A stretch of 64,000 nucleotides of DNA from Chiloscyllium plagiosum (lineage: Eukaryota). Shown piece by piece: positions 1-11,694 of this stretch. The translations under genes were made by a program, and so were the position numbers. Numbering within the stretch: position 1 is the first letter of the stretch; each line of letters begins with the position of its first letter. The notes beneath the pieces are model-generated. The model ran no database searches. It was not told the origin of the DNA and saw only the letters and a program-made list of their open reading frames with translations. The stretch lies in contig NC_057720.1 in the NCBI RefSeq assembly GCF_004010195.1, positions 21,208,922 through 21,272,921 of the forward strand, written 5' to 3'.

Positions 1-1010
1 AGCAGTTCTAGTAAATTTCCCTGCCAGTATATTAGTCCCCTTCCAATTTAGGTGCAATCCGTCCTTCTTGTACAGGTCACTTCTACCCCAAAAGAGATTC
101 CAATAATCCAAAAATGTGATTCCTTCTCCCATACAGCAGCTCCTCAGCCATGCATTCATCTGCTCTATCCTCCTACTCCTGCCCTCACTAGCTCATAGCA
201 CTGGGAGTAATCCAGATACTACTACCCTTGAGGACCTCCTTTTTAAATTTCTGCCTAACTCTCTGTAATCTCCCTTCAGAATCTCAATCTTTTCCCTTCC
301 AATGTCATTGGTTCCAATATGGACCAGGGAAACAACACACCATTCTGCTTTTTCTCTGCTGGCCACAGAAACATCTGTCTGTACCTCCGACTACAGAATC
401 CCCTAACACAATTGATTTCTTGGAAGCTAACGTACCCCTAGTTGCATTAGAGCTAGTCTCAATACCAGAAATTTGGCTGTTGTGCTATGTTCCCCTGAGA
501 ATCCATCACCCCCTACATTTTCTAAAACAGCATACCTGTTTGAAATGGGTATATCCACAAAAGACTCCTGTTCTAGCTGCCTACCTCTCTTACCCTTCCT
601 GGAGTTAACCCATCTATGTGACTGTATCTAAGACTATCCCCCCTTTCTATAACTGCCATCCATCACATACTGTAGCCGTTGCAAATTCCTCATCGCTTCT
701 ATTCGTCTCTCCAACTGATCCACACGATCTGATAAGATTTGCATCCAACAGCATTTATGGCAGATATAATCCGCAGTAACCCTTAAACTCTCTTTAAACT
801 CCCACATCTGACAAGAAGTACATATCACTGCAAAGGCCATTTTTGCTCCTTCACAATCTACAGACCCAGAAAATAACACCATCTTATTCCTCTACAAACA
901 CTGCCCTAGGTTAAATTAATAGCTATGGCTTATATTTTAAGTTTAATCAAGAGACTTATCTCCAAAAACATATAATCAAGAAAGAATCTACTGTACCCAC
1001 GACTGCAGCC
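1..1010 (-). mobile_element. CR1-type LINE 5' part (5'UTR and decayed ORF1: N-terminal Cys zinc finger, coiled coil, SGNH esterase region)
   Basis: ORF 634..882(-) MAFAVICTSCQMWEF...DYICHKC...LSDRVDQLERRI matches the CR1 ORF1 zinc finger/leucine zipper pattern; 1-400 is homologous to the esterase region of the CR1 at about 28130-28600. Confidence 0.85.
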
Positions 1011-1544
1011 TTTCTCTCCACAAATGCTGCTAAACCTGCTGAGTGTTCCCAGCAATTTCTGCTTTTGCTTTTGACGGTTATCAGATCAACCAAGATGTAA
1101 CTGAATAGCGAAGTGGACTTGATGGGCTGAGTGATCTGCTCCTATGTTTTACAGTCTTGTTGACCGATGGGTGTGAATGCTTCATTCCAACCTCACCCAG
1201 CTTCTTGGTGAAAAAAATGGGAGTGGAGTAGTGGTGACTGAGAGGGCTGGGAATCAGCTGCTATAATTCAGACAGTTCTCTTTGGGAGCCATTGCTGATT
1301 TAGAACCTGTGATCCTAAATTTCAGCTTGTAACTCCACCCCCACTTTGCGAAGCCTGGACAAATCTGTCTAGGGCCTGTCTAGTTATTAGTTGTGCAAGA
1401 CAGACTGCTAGTGAGTGTAAAGAGAAGAGGCACTTGTCTTTGTTAACAAGATGGTTTATTGTTCAAGAGCAATAAGTACAACTTGCATCTTTCATCAGGC
1501 ATTTTATTCAGGACTCGCAGAAACTGTACAAAATACATGCATTA

Positions 1545-1705
1545 GGAGAAAGTGAGGACTGCAAATGCTGGAGAATCAGACATGAAAAGTGTGGCGCTGG
1601 AAAAACACAGCAGGTCAGGCAGCATCTGAGGAGCTGGAGAATTGACGTTTCAGGTATAAACCCTTCATGTTCCTGATGAAGGGCTTTTGCCCAAAATATT
1701 GACTC
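1545..1705 (-). mobile_element. Penelope-like pLTR fold-back mini-insertion (older copy)
   Basis: Begins with the GGAGAAAGTGAGG... tail also seen at 33272 and 46183; two back-to-back hammerhead-like motifs at 1641-1705; flanked by aaaatacatgcatt (1530-1543) and agaatacatccatt (1706-1719). Confidence 0.75.
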
Positions 1706-1726
1706 AGAATACATCCATTGTCTAAA

Positions 1727-2425
1727 AAGTCGGAAGTGTGGTGCTGGAAAAGCACAGTCAGTCAGGCAGCATCTGAGGAGCAGGAGAGTCGACATTTTGA
1801 ATCCTGAAGCAGACCCACTACCACAGCCATATTGCCTTCCTCAGCGCCTGCCTACGGAACCGACTGATCCTGCATGGACTCCACACTACATTCAGACCAT
1901 CACAATTTGGACCTGACCAGGACAACCACTACGTACAGCAAATCCAAAGGCTCCAGAAATGGTTCTCCCACCGGAACCTAAGCTCCACACTCGCAGCCAT
2001 GCACTACCACCTACTCTCTCTGCAGTTGGCCCTGTCCCAGCTCAGGGCCACACTCTCCCGGACCTGTAAAGGACCTTTGCTGTTCTTCATTCTGAGAAGA
2101 ATCCAGACACTCAGCAAACACATTTTCTCCACCGTACAGGACATCAAGGAACGTAAGTGCACCAAACTTTCATGTACTTACCTCCAAACTTGGGATTCCT
2201 CAATCATTCCAGAACCTTCTCCCGGCCTCCAGAACCTCTCGGACACCATTAGCCATGCGGCCTCTCCAGCCACACACACCACGGCAGTCGCCTCATTCCT
2301 AATGAAGTGCTTATGCCTGAAACATTGATTCTTCTGCTCCCCGGAAGCTGCCTGACCTGCTGTGCTTTTCCAGCACCACGCTTTTCGACTTGATTCTCCA
2401 GCATCTGCAGTCCTCACTTTCTCCT
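1727..2425 (+). mobile_element. Penelope-like element (Neptune-like): ORF N-terminal fragment between inverted pLTR arms
   Basis: 1804-2200 reads LKQTHYHSHIAFLSACLRNRLI...AAMHYHLLSLQLALSQLRATLS..., which I recognise as a PLE N-terminal domain; left arm 1727-1800 is the inverse of 2320-2391; tail runs to 2425. Confidence 0.75.
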
Positions 2426-3880
2426 ATTCCTTAAAAAGGCTAGGGTAGAACTCACTGTCTCCACCTAAAAACTGTGTGACAGCATTGCTTTGGCTGGAAC
2501 TAATGGAACTTCATCATTAACTCTTTCAGAGCCACTTACCTAATGGAGCAGAGACAGTTGGAAAGTTCATTTCACTGGCTAAAAGACAATCGATGGAACT
2601 ATGCTCCAGACCTGACCCAACACAATATATAATACAGGAGCCAGTCTGGGAAAGCAGACATTTTTAGCTTTAAAGTAGTTTGGTCAGTAACAGCCATTAT
2701 GTGTAGAGGTCTAAGTAGAACCTGTGAGGACAGCACCAGCCTTTGTTGTCTCGGCACGTCAGAGTTAGATTTTCTCTCTGACACTGAGTTTAACTAAGAA
2801 AGGTGCCAAGAATTCATTCCTGTTCAGCTGAAAAAGAGTCCAACTAGCAGGACCAGCAATGAAAAAGGACCTTCATTGACTCCCTGAAGCTTTTGTGACT
2901 ACTGAGTCCACCTCCAAGACAACCTCTAGCTATTTGACTGCAGAAGACATCACAGCTGCTCTTCACCTTTAACCCTTCACTGCAGACCTCCAGTCCTTCA
3001 AATACAAAACACAGACTCAACATGATATTCTAAAGGATTGAACTGAATTTCATCTTTATAGGTATCTCATGTCTTTAACTGCATTTATTCTTTTGTTCAT
3101 AACTTTATTATTTTTACTTAAATAACTTACAGTACTGTTTTGTAATAAACTAACCTTTACTTTGTTTAAAACTAATGCTTTGCTGCAGATTATTTTTAGA
3201 TTGAAGGATTTGCAAGTGAAAAGGGGTTATACACAACACACACAACTTCTTTGTTCACAGATCACTTTGAAGGAACACCATGCCTTAAATCGAGGTAGAA
3301 GGAACTGTGTTAGACATTGAACCACTATGGCTCCCAACAGCTTTAGCAACAATGAGGTGAATTGGAAATTGGAGAGGTGAGAATAACTATCCTGTAACCT
3401 CTACTGTCTTACAATCTATTGGTCAGACACACTAGTTGTTCAAAAATGTTTTAAGCAGATCAAAGCAACTCATTTTCTGAGTACAGCACTTTGAGAGTGA
3501 AAATATGAAGAATGAAAGGCCTGTCCCCGTGCTGTACTGTTCCATGATGCACTATTTGGATAGGTTTTCACTCCAACTTTATTGTGTTTTATCAATTGCT
3601 GCTTCAGATAAAAATAATATATCCACCATGTTTTGCAGTTCAGAAACTTGTGATTAGGTATTTTAACATCATTTGATAATCCAGAAAAGACTTGGTCCAA
3701 GGCATTCTGAACTGGAAATGGAACACTGTAATGAAGTTTTAAACTGAAGTGATGGGCTGAATCTTACCTTTTTTTGGGTAAGTATCAGGAGTGTTGAGTT
3801 TTTTGGAGGGATTTTCGGATTACGGCCTAGCCAATCTTCAATCGGTATCTTAACAAACCCACCTTGTTAACAATCAAGAA

Positions 3881-4187
3881 GCATGGTGGTTCAGTGGTCA
3901 GCACTACTGCCTCACAGCACTTGGGACCTGGTTTAAATTCTCACCCTCGGGTGACGGTCTGTATGGAGTTTGCGCATTCGCCCTGTGTCTGCATGGGTTT
4001 CCTTTGGGTGCTCTGGTTTCCTCCCACAGGCCAAAAATGTGCAAGTTAGGTGGATCGGCCATGGGAAATGCAGGGTTACAGAGATAGGTTAGGGGGACTG
4101 TAACTGGCTGGGTTGCTCTTCGGAGGATCTATGCAGACTTGATGGGCTGAATGGTCTCTTTTTGCACTCTAGGGATTCTATGATTCT
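3881..4187 (+). mobile_element. HE1-type tRNA-derived SINE
   Basis: A-box TGGTTCAGTGG, degenerate B-box, core GGAGTTTGC.CATTC.CCCTGTGTCTGC, CR1-like tail ending GATTCTATGATTCT. Confidence 0.9.
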
Positions 4188-4384
4188 TTCTACCCTGCCA
4201 CTATGGCATCCTTCTTATCTGATTCTAGCCTCATCTTATCAATTGCTGTTCCTGGAGCAATTTGCCATTGCGAGGATGTCCACGAATTGACTAATAATCC
4301 CTAGCGCTGGCACTATCTTTAAAAATCCATTGTGTACCTGGACGGTCACTGACAGTCTGAAGCTGCCTTTGGTGGTTCCTGACA

Positions 4385-4572
4385 TTACAATGGAAATGTG
4401 GCACCCCACATGCAGACAGGGACCTGGAATTCCTGCTGGAAGGGTTGACGCTGAGGCAGAACTTTCTGACCAGCCTTGTCTGAGGTTGAATCAGTGCAGT
4501 CCCAGCCTATGGAGGCAAGGACAGCACTGTAAGAAGAAGGTTGATGTCTTCTCTATTCTGCCAGTGTAAGTG
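4385..4572 (+). mobile_element. Probable decayed Myb/SANT-like exon of a PIF/Harbinger transposon
   Basis: Frameshifted peptides ADRDLEFLLEGL ... RQGQHCKKKVD..LYSAS followed by GTAAGT; the same motif order recurs at 10725-10806 and 52875-53098. Confidence 0.5.
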
Positions 4573-4783
4573 CCATCATCTTCACGCTGATACGTGGCAT
4601 TCACTCTATTAATGCTACTGCACCTACTTTCCACCACGGCTCATGCTATACCGCTTTCACTAATACCTGCAACATGTTCTCTGACACCCTGCATGCCCTC
4701 TGTATTGTACTCACTCAGTCAGGATACTTCCCTACTTGCACCATCAGGAACAGCTATACCTCCTACTTTCATCTTCCTTAATA

Positions 4784-4999
4784 CAGTCGATTCTACTATA
4801 ACACGATAGTTCCATTCTCATGCAATCCCATGTTATAAAAAGAAATGTAACAGCAGCACCATTTAAACTAATGGGGCCAGAATCAGGTCATAACCAATAC
4901 ACTTAAAAACTTTGCACTTTAGAAACAGTGTCCCCAATTTGTCTATCGCGTTATAACAAATTCTCATTAATGAAACATGCGTTTTAGCAGAATGACCTT
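4784..4999. mobile_element. Tigger/pogo-like MITE
   Basis: Left TA|CAGTCGATTCTACTATAAC and right GTTTTAGCAGAATGACCTT|TA form imperfect TIRs with TA flanks. Confidence 0.6.
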
Positions 5000-5109
5000 T
5001 ACCTACATTTCTCGCATTCCAGGAGGAACTAACCCCGAAAAGGGCAAAATCAGTCAGTATGGTGATGGGCTGCCTGGCACCCCTCATCCCTTATATGAAG
5101 AGCTGACAG

Positions 5110-5665
5110 TCACTACTATTTGGAAGGACACGGGAGCACCACAACCTGTAAGTTGCCTTCCAAACCACTCCTGATCCAGACTTGGGAAAATATTACTCCA
5201 TCCTCAGTACCCATTCGGTCTGTCCTAACACCTTGTGGGTCTGCTTGCATCAAATGGACTGCAGCAGTTCAAGGATGCTGCTCACTACCATCTTCTGAAG
5301 GGCAACTTGGGATTGGCCAGTTAGTGGTTTGATTAGATTCCCTACAGTGTGGACACAGGCCCTTCAGCCCAACAAGTCCACACCAACCCTCCAAAGAGCA
5401 ACACACCCAGACCCATTCCCCTACATTTACTCCTGACTAATGCACCTAATACTACAGGCAATTTGGCATGGTCAATTTACCTAACCTGCACATCTTTGGA
5501 CTGTGGGAGGAAACCAGAGCAAACCCACGCAGGGAATGTGCAAACTCCATACAGACAGTTGCCCGAGACAGGAATTGAACCCAGGTCCCTGGCGCTGTGA
5601 GGCAGCAGTGCTAACCACTGAGCCACCGTGCCACCCCACGATCTGTGAATGAATGAAAAAAAATC
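5110..5665 (+). mobile_element. 3' end of a second LINE family (CR1/L2 superfamily), split by an HE1 SINE
   Basis: GCAGCAGTTCAAG..GCTGCTCACTACCATCTTCT and terminal GTGAATGAATGAAAAAAAA; same tail in reverse at 28915, 34555 and 51135. Confidence 0.65.
5330..5636 (-). mobile_element. HE1-type SINE
   Basis: Reverse complement has GGTGGCACGGTGGCTCAGTGGTTAGCACTGCTGCCTCACAGCGCCAGGGACCTGGGTTCAATTCC (A and B boxes) and a complete tail. Confidence 0.95.
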
Positions 5666-5689
5666 TTGACTATGACCATCCCAGGTAGG

Positions 5690-6345
5690 TAAGGTGATTA
5701 GCCAAAGTCTTTTTCCAATGGTAGCGAGTCCAAAGCTGGAGGGCATAGATTTAGGGCGAGAGGGGAAAGATTTAAAAGGAACCTAAAGGGCAACCTTTTC
5801 ATGCAGAGGGTTGTGAGTGTATGGAATGAGCTGCCAGAGGAAATGGTAGAGGCAGTGCATGGTGCAGTGGCTCAGTGGTTAGCACTGCTAGCTCACAGTG
5901 CCAGAGATCTGGGTTTGATTCCAGCCTTGGGTGACTGTGTGGAGTTTGTCTATTCTCCCTGTGTCTACATGGGTTTTCTCTGTGTGCTCTGGTTTCCTCC
6001 CATAATCCAAAGATGTGCAGGTCAGGTGAATTGGCCACACTAAATTGCCCATAGTGTTAGGTGCATTAGTTAGGGGTAAATATAAGGTAGAGGAATGCGT
6101 CTGGGTGGGTTACTCTTTGGAGGGTCGGTGTGGACTTGTTGGGCCAAAGGGCCTGTTTCCATACTGTAGGGAATCTAATCTAATCAAATTACAATATTTA
6201 AAAGACAATTGGACAGGTGGGTGGCATGGATAGGGAAGATTTAGAGGGACACAGGCAAGTGGGATTAGTTCAGTGGTGGGCTTGGTGGGCTTGGGCGACT
6301 CGGACCAAAGGGTTTGTTTTCACGCTGTACAACTCTCGGACTTCT
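5690..6345 (+). mobile_element. CR1 LINE 3' end interrupted by an HE1 SINE
   Basis: ORF2 C-terminus GNLFMQRVVSVWNELPEEMVEA before the SINE; resumes with ITIFKRQLD and the 3'UTR after 6186. Confidence 0.85.
5857..6185 (+). mobile_element. HE1-type SINE nested in CR1
   Basis: TGGCTCAGTGG A-box, GGTTTGATTCC B-box, (ATCTA)n tail. Confidence 0.95.
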
Positions 6346-7050
6346 ATTCTTGGTAATGTGGTGTGATACTATGTCAAAGGAATTGGCTTTCCCCCACAGT
6401 TATTGCATGGAAACAAGTCAAACAATTGAAACCTGAAAATGAACACACTTGTATAATCCAGAGTTTGAGTTAATGGTAAAGCCTAGTAAAGACAATTCTA
6501 AAAAATACAAAATAAAATATAAGATATAAAATGTCAAAATCCTGGTAGTTCTGACATTAATAAAAGTAAGACTAAAACAAGATTTAAAATGTTGTTGGAT
6601 ATAAATTATTTGCCCTTTAAAAGATACTACATCATGATCATAAGTTGTATAAGGTATGGTTAACAGTAATTTAGTTTTGGAACATATAAATTGCCCTTTG
6701 CTTTTTTCAAAATAAAACCTAGCAAGCAAAATATTTGCCTTTCCATAAATTCCGTTCACCCCAGCTGGAAACTTGGTAACTTGCAGACTGAGAATGAAGG
6801 ACTAATATTCAAAACAAAAACAAATACACAGTCAATACTCACTAGAAATTACTTTTAAAATTTAAAACTTTAATTTACTGTGAATGGTCATTCATATTCA
6901 TGTTGACTCTGAATGTAATCAGGAAGGAAAGTTGACCTTAATACTGAAAGGGGAGGATGGAGAATATTGTAGGGAAGTCTTGCCAATAGCTGCACAGGAC
7001 ACATGAAATCCTACCTGGTAAACCACACACAGGTTAGCCTCATTATTTAT

Positions 7051-7250
7051 AGGGGTTTGGTAGCTCAGTTGGCTGTACACCCCATCTGCTATGTAGACTG
7101 ATACCAACAGTGTGGGTTCAATTCCCACAGCAGCTAAGGTTCCTTTGCCTGAGGTGTGGCGACCCTCAAGTTAATCTACCACCATTTACCTCTCTCAAAT
7201 GAGTCTGTACCTCTATGGGTCAGTGGTGGTCTGACAACTCTTCCTTTTAC
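7051..7250 (+). mobile_element. tRNA-headed SINE of a non-HE1 family
   Basis: A-box TAGCTCAGTTGG at about 7061 and B-box GGTTCAATTCC at about 7115; body unrelated to HE1. Confidence 0.6.
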
Positions 7251-7349
7251 CCTTATTTATGCCAACATTGGAAGCAGTTCAGAGGAGTTCACTCAAATGA
7301 TTCCTGGGAATGGGGTTGGCTTAAAGGAACGTTGTCCAAGATGGAAACA

Positions 7350-7860
7350 TCAACACACCACTGTGTTCCCTGGTCAACATCTTTGTCTCAGGCTTACTGC
7401 AGTATTCCAGTGAAGCTCAGTGTAAGCTGGAAGAATAGTATCTCATTTTCTGCTTGGGAACTCTACAGCCTTCTGGACTCAATATTGAGTTTGCAATCTT
7501 AGGGCTTGAGGAACTTTTCCCATGTTCTTACCCCTAATCCCCACACACCAAACCCTATTATCACATGATCTGCTATTATACACTATCCATAGTTAGTGAC
7601 TAACAGTACCCATTAGCAGCTATTCATTCTCCCAGGCTGATTGTTATCCACTCCTTCTTCTCTCTCTTTGTTCTCCATCTCCACCTATCATTTACTCCTT
7701 ACCCCCTAACCCCACCCTATCTTCTACATAAAAGCCAACATTGCCCTAGCTACCATCAGTTCTGAAGAAGGGTCACTGGATCCGAAATGTTAACTCTGAT
7801 TTCTCCCCACAGATGCTGCCAGACCTGCTGAGCTTTACCAGCAATTTCTGTTTTTGTTGT
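7350..7860 (+). mobile_element. Penelope-like element 3' end (GIY-YIG C-terminus, 3'UTR, pLTR)
   Basis: EAQCKLEE*YLIFCLGTLQPSGLNIEF, the same motif as at about 60740 and 61920-61990(-); TACATAAAA then hammerhead motif; GATGCTGCCAGACCTGCTGAG pLTR end. Confidence 0.85.
7758..7795 (+). ncRNA. Minimal type I hammerhead ribozyme motif (PLE-associated)
   Basis: AGTT | CTGAAGA | A | GGGTC-actg-GATCC | GAAA | TGTT | AACT: stem I AGTT/AACT, stem II and core all present. Confidence 0.7.
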
Positions 7861-8080
7861 TGCTGTTGACCAAGATGGAGTTCAGTTACTCATTGCCATT
7901 TGGAAGAATGTGAGGGGATCTCCTTTGGAGGCGACTTGACAAGGTGCACGCTAAAAGGATGTTCTCTCTATCAGGAGTTGGTGACTACCCAAATGTGTGT
8001 TTTTTAATTGATCTTATTCCCAGATCTTTAAATTTATTTCGATATTCTAACCAATCTAACCAGAGAAACTATCATAGATA

Positions 8081-8291
8081 CAGTAGTCCCCCGTATCTGC
8101 GGGAGATACGTTCCAAGACCTACCGCGGATTCCAGAAACCGCAGATGGTAGCGAACCCATTCATTTAAATGGGAAACTTACCTCCCCTGGTTTCTGGTTC
8201 TGGAATGTTCCATGTAATATTTTCTGGCTGCAGCGAACTGTGGATAACTGAAACCGCAAAAACTGATTCCATGGATACGGTGGTCGCCCTG
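8081..8291. mobile_element. Tigger/pogo-like MITE with TA target duplication
   Basis: TA|CAGTAGTCCCCCGTATCTGCGG ... CCATGGATACGGTGGTCGCCCTG|TA; imperfect TIRs. Confidence 0.8.
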
Positions 8292-8593
8292 TACTTGGAG
8301 AAGGTAGGACTTGGCTTCCAGATTCAGGGATAAGGACACTACCAATTTCTTTAGATATTTTCTAGTCAACTTGCTCAGACATTTTTCATAACACCTCTGA
8401 AGTAGGTGGGACTTGAACCTGGGTTTTCTGGCCCAGAGGTATGGTCACTACCACAGTGCCACAAGACCTAGAAATTTATTTTCTTTAATTTCTCAATTTC
8501 TATAAATAGTCACCTGGAATCTACCTCAAGTTTTGACTAAAGGGAGGAAATGGCCAAATGGTATAATTAATCAACTGTTGATCCAGGTGGTGT

Positions 8594-9141
8594 CATAGTC
8601 ATAGTCGTAGAGATGTACAGCATGGAAACAGACCCTTCGGTCCAACCCATTCATGCCAACCAGATATCCCAACCCAATCTAGTCCCACCTCCCAGCACCC
8701 GGCCCATATCCCTCCAAACCTGTCCTATTCATATACCCATCCAAATGCCTGTTAAATGTTGCAATTGTACCAGCCTCCACCACATCCTCTGGCAGCTCAT
8801 TCCATACACGTACCACCCTCTGTGTGAAAAAGTTGCCTCTTAGGTCTCTTTTATATCTTTCCCCTCTCACCCTAAACCTATGCCCTCTAGTTCTGGACTC
8901 TCCAACCTCAGGGAAAAGACTTTGCGATTTATCCTATCCATGCCCCTCATAATTTTGTAAACCTCTATAAGGTCACCCCTCAGCCTCCGAAAACAGCCCC
9001 AAACTGTTCAGCCTCTCCCTATAGCTCAAATCCTCCAAACCTGGCAACATCCTTGTAAATCTTTTCTGAACCCTTTCAAGTTTCATAACATCTTTCCGAT
9101 AGGAAGGAGACCAGAATTGCACGCAATATTCCAACAGTGGC
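8594..9141 (-). mobile_element. CR1 LINE 3' end
   Basis: ORF 8679..8870(-) RGERYKRDLRGNFFTQRVVRVWNELPEDVVEAGT; (CATAGT)n tail. Confidence 0.92.
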
Positions 9142-9420
9142 TTTGAATCCCAACATGGCAGATGTGGAATTTGAATCCAATAATAATCTGGAATTCAGTG
9201 TCTAGTGATGACCACAAATCCATTGTTAGACAAACTCATCTGGTTCAATAATGTGTCTTAGGGAGGGGAGCTGCCACCCTTACCTGGTCTGACCTACATG
9301 TGACTCCAGACCCACAGCAATGTGGTTGACTCTTAACTGCCCTCTGGGCAATTGGGCTGGGCAATAAATACTCGCCTAGCCAGTGATATTCCCATTCCGT
9401 GAATGAATTTTTAAAAAAAA
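9142..9420 (+). mobile_element. SINE of a third family sharing the ...GAATGAA LINE tail (head probably displaced by the CR1 at 8594)
   Basis: TTTGAATCCC B-box remnant; core CCTTACCTGGTCTGACCTACATGTGACTCCAGACCCACAGC; reverse copies at about 35835-36030 and 57660-57900. Confidence 0.6.
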
Positions 9421-10069
9421 GTCACCTTCAGTATGCCAACCAGCGAGGTTTAGTTGATCTGATAATGGATAAATTAGATTGTTAAAGGAATTATAGAGTG
9501 GATTTTCTTCTAACTTGCTCACAAATAGCTCCCGAAACTCTGGGGCAGTAGAAATGAAGAACAGCCATGAAGCCTTCACTTTTGCTCTTTGCCTGATTGG
9601 CTTACATCTGAATGTCCCCATGGTATAATAAAAACAGAAAATGCTGGAAGGACTCAGCTGGTTTGGCAGTGGCACTGGAGAAGAATTGATGACCGAAATT
9701 GTCCTGATCCTGGGTTACTGGCTAGGAGGTGAGACCTTGAGTTGGAATCCCTGACTGGAGGTGGGGAACCAATTTGAATAACTCAATGCTAAACTAAAAT
9801 CAATTTTCATGGGCCATTAGTCCTAGAGTAGGCCTCCACAGACTAACAATGGTATGTAGGCAGCATTCCAGTGGCTTTGTGAGATAGACTTCTATGCTCC
9901 ACGTGGGGATGAGTTGGTAGGGGTAAAATTAGGTGCTGTGCTCATTGTCTATCCTTCTTCACCCACAAAGCTGTGCCAACAGGCATGAAAACTGGCCTTT
10001 TCAGTGCCTCCTGCCAATGCTGCTGGAACTCATGCAGTGGGGAGAGACCCACAGTAGGTCTCGCCCCCT

Positions 10070-10724
10070 CCTTTGATAAGGTTCTTTATGGTAAATTAAT
10101 TAGTAAAGTTAGATCACATGGGAGTCAGGGGCAGTTTGCCAATTGGATACAAGATTGGCTTGATGGTAGGAGATATACAGTGGTGGTGGAGGTTTGTTTC
10201 TTGGTCTGGAGGCCTGTGACCAGTGCTGTACCACAGGGATCTGGGTTATTGGGCCTACTTTTGTTTTTCATTTATAAGAACAGTTTAAATGAGAATATAG
10301 GAGGCATGGTTTGTAAGTTTATGGATGACACCAAAATTGGTGGCACACTGGACAGTGAAGAAGGTTATCAAAGGTTACAAAATGATCTTGATCAATTGGG
10401 TCAATGGGTCAAGGAGCGGTAAATGGAGTTTAATTTGGATAAATGTGAGGTATTGCATTTTGGTAAAACAAACAAGGCTAGAACTTATACAATTACTGGT
10501 GGGGCCATGGGTAGTGTTGTAGAACAGAGACCTGGGGGTTCAGGTACATAACTCTTTGGAATTTGCGTGACAGGTAGGCAGGGTAGTCCAGCACGCTTGC
10601 CTTCATTGTTCACACCTTTGCATACAGGAGTTGGGACGGCATGTTGAGGTTATGCAGGATGCTGGTGAGGCCTCTTCTGGAGTATTTATTAAATTGGCAA
10701 GGGTTCAGAAATGATTTACCAGGA
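10070..10724 (+). mobile_element. CR1 LINE reverse transcriptase fragment
   Basis: ORF 9973..10422 FDKVLYGKL...SAVPQGSGLLG...KFMDDTKIGG. Confidence 0.92.
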
Positions 10725-10806
10725 TCCCAGTGTCAGTCATCGGAAGGAATACTCAGCAGAGTAGGAAGAAGGTCAATGATCTTGTCTGCTCAGCCGGGGT
10801 AAATGT
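10725..10806 (+). mobile_element. Probable Harbinger Myb/SANT-like exon 3' end
   Basis: Reads RNTQQSRKKVNDLVCSAG then GTAAAT donor-like site; parallels 4514-4572. Confidence 0.5.
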
Positions 10807-10998
10807 GACTATCTTCTCTCTGCCACCTCACTGCTACTATGCACACCTCCCACCAAAGCTGATGCTCAACTTCTCTCACTATTGAATGTAACCTCTCTTC
10901 TCTCTCTCTCTCACATCCATCTAATTCCCCCAGTTTACTAACCAGGCATGTCCTCCATACTGTTTACTCATTCACTTGGGGATACTTCACCGCCTTTC

Positions 10999-11113
10999 TG
11001 CAGTGATTGTAAAGCAGTCAGCCAGGTGAACCTTCTCGTATATGTTCCCTAATTGGTACCGTTAGTCTGGTCAAATGAGGGAGCCCTGGCTGACAGATAA
11101 GAATGGGAGTGTC
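10999..11113 (+). mobile_element. 5' half of a Gypsy LTR (same family as 16333-16561)
   Basis: TGCAGTGATTGT...GTCAGCCAGGTG.ACCT...GTTCCCT.ATTGG...GGAGTGTC aligns to the first ~118 bp of the LTR at 16333. Confidence 0.8.
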
Positions 11114-11541
11114 TCCCCGTCCAATTCTATTTTGATTTAATTCCTGCCCTCCTCTTCACTGTATGATCACACAGCCCTTTGATGTGAAGGGCAGTGCTTG
11201 TCACTGGCCACTCGGGTGTTTCCTTTCTTCCCGGTGGTGGAAATTTGAGCATCTTGTGTCTCTCACTGTGTCTCACACCTGCACACACACAACATGGGTG
11301 CTGGGGAAAAAATAAGCACTACCGCAGTTAGGCAGTAGTGTGGGGGTAAATAAAAATGAACAGGAGTGTCAGAGGTGCTGTTCACTCTAAGAAAGAAAAA
11401 TAAACAAGGGTGTCAAACATCCTGTTCACTCTGAGAGCTGGCTCAAAAAAAAAGAATGGGAGTGTCTCCCTGCCCAATTCTATTTTGATTTAATTCCTGC
11501 CCTCCCCTTCACTGTTTGATCAGGCAGCATTGCCCTTTGAT
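11114..11541 (+). mobile_element. Short non-LTR retroposon (probably an L1/Tx1-like 3'UTR) with A-rich tails, captured LTR pieces and a second truncated copy
   Basis: 3' stem-loop CACTACCGC-agtta-GGCAGTAGTG then GGGGGT and A-tail; second copy starts at 11467; another copy in reverse at about 52220-52390. The clade call is inference. Confidence 0.65.
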
Positions 11542-11694
11542 CTGGATTGGAACAGTAAAATTGCTTCACAAAACCCAAATCAATTCAAAATGCTTAAATG
11601 GTCACTCAGTTCTAATGGAGGTCAAGTCTGGAGAAGTTGTATCAGTGATTGTGGAACCAGTATTTACCAAAATTCACTCTGGACACCAACCCTG

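Noticed and set aside
2435..3412. Possible solo LTR
   Set aside because: AATAAA and a ...TTACA end are present, but I found no clear TG start or TSD.
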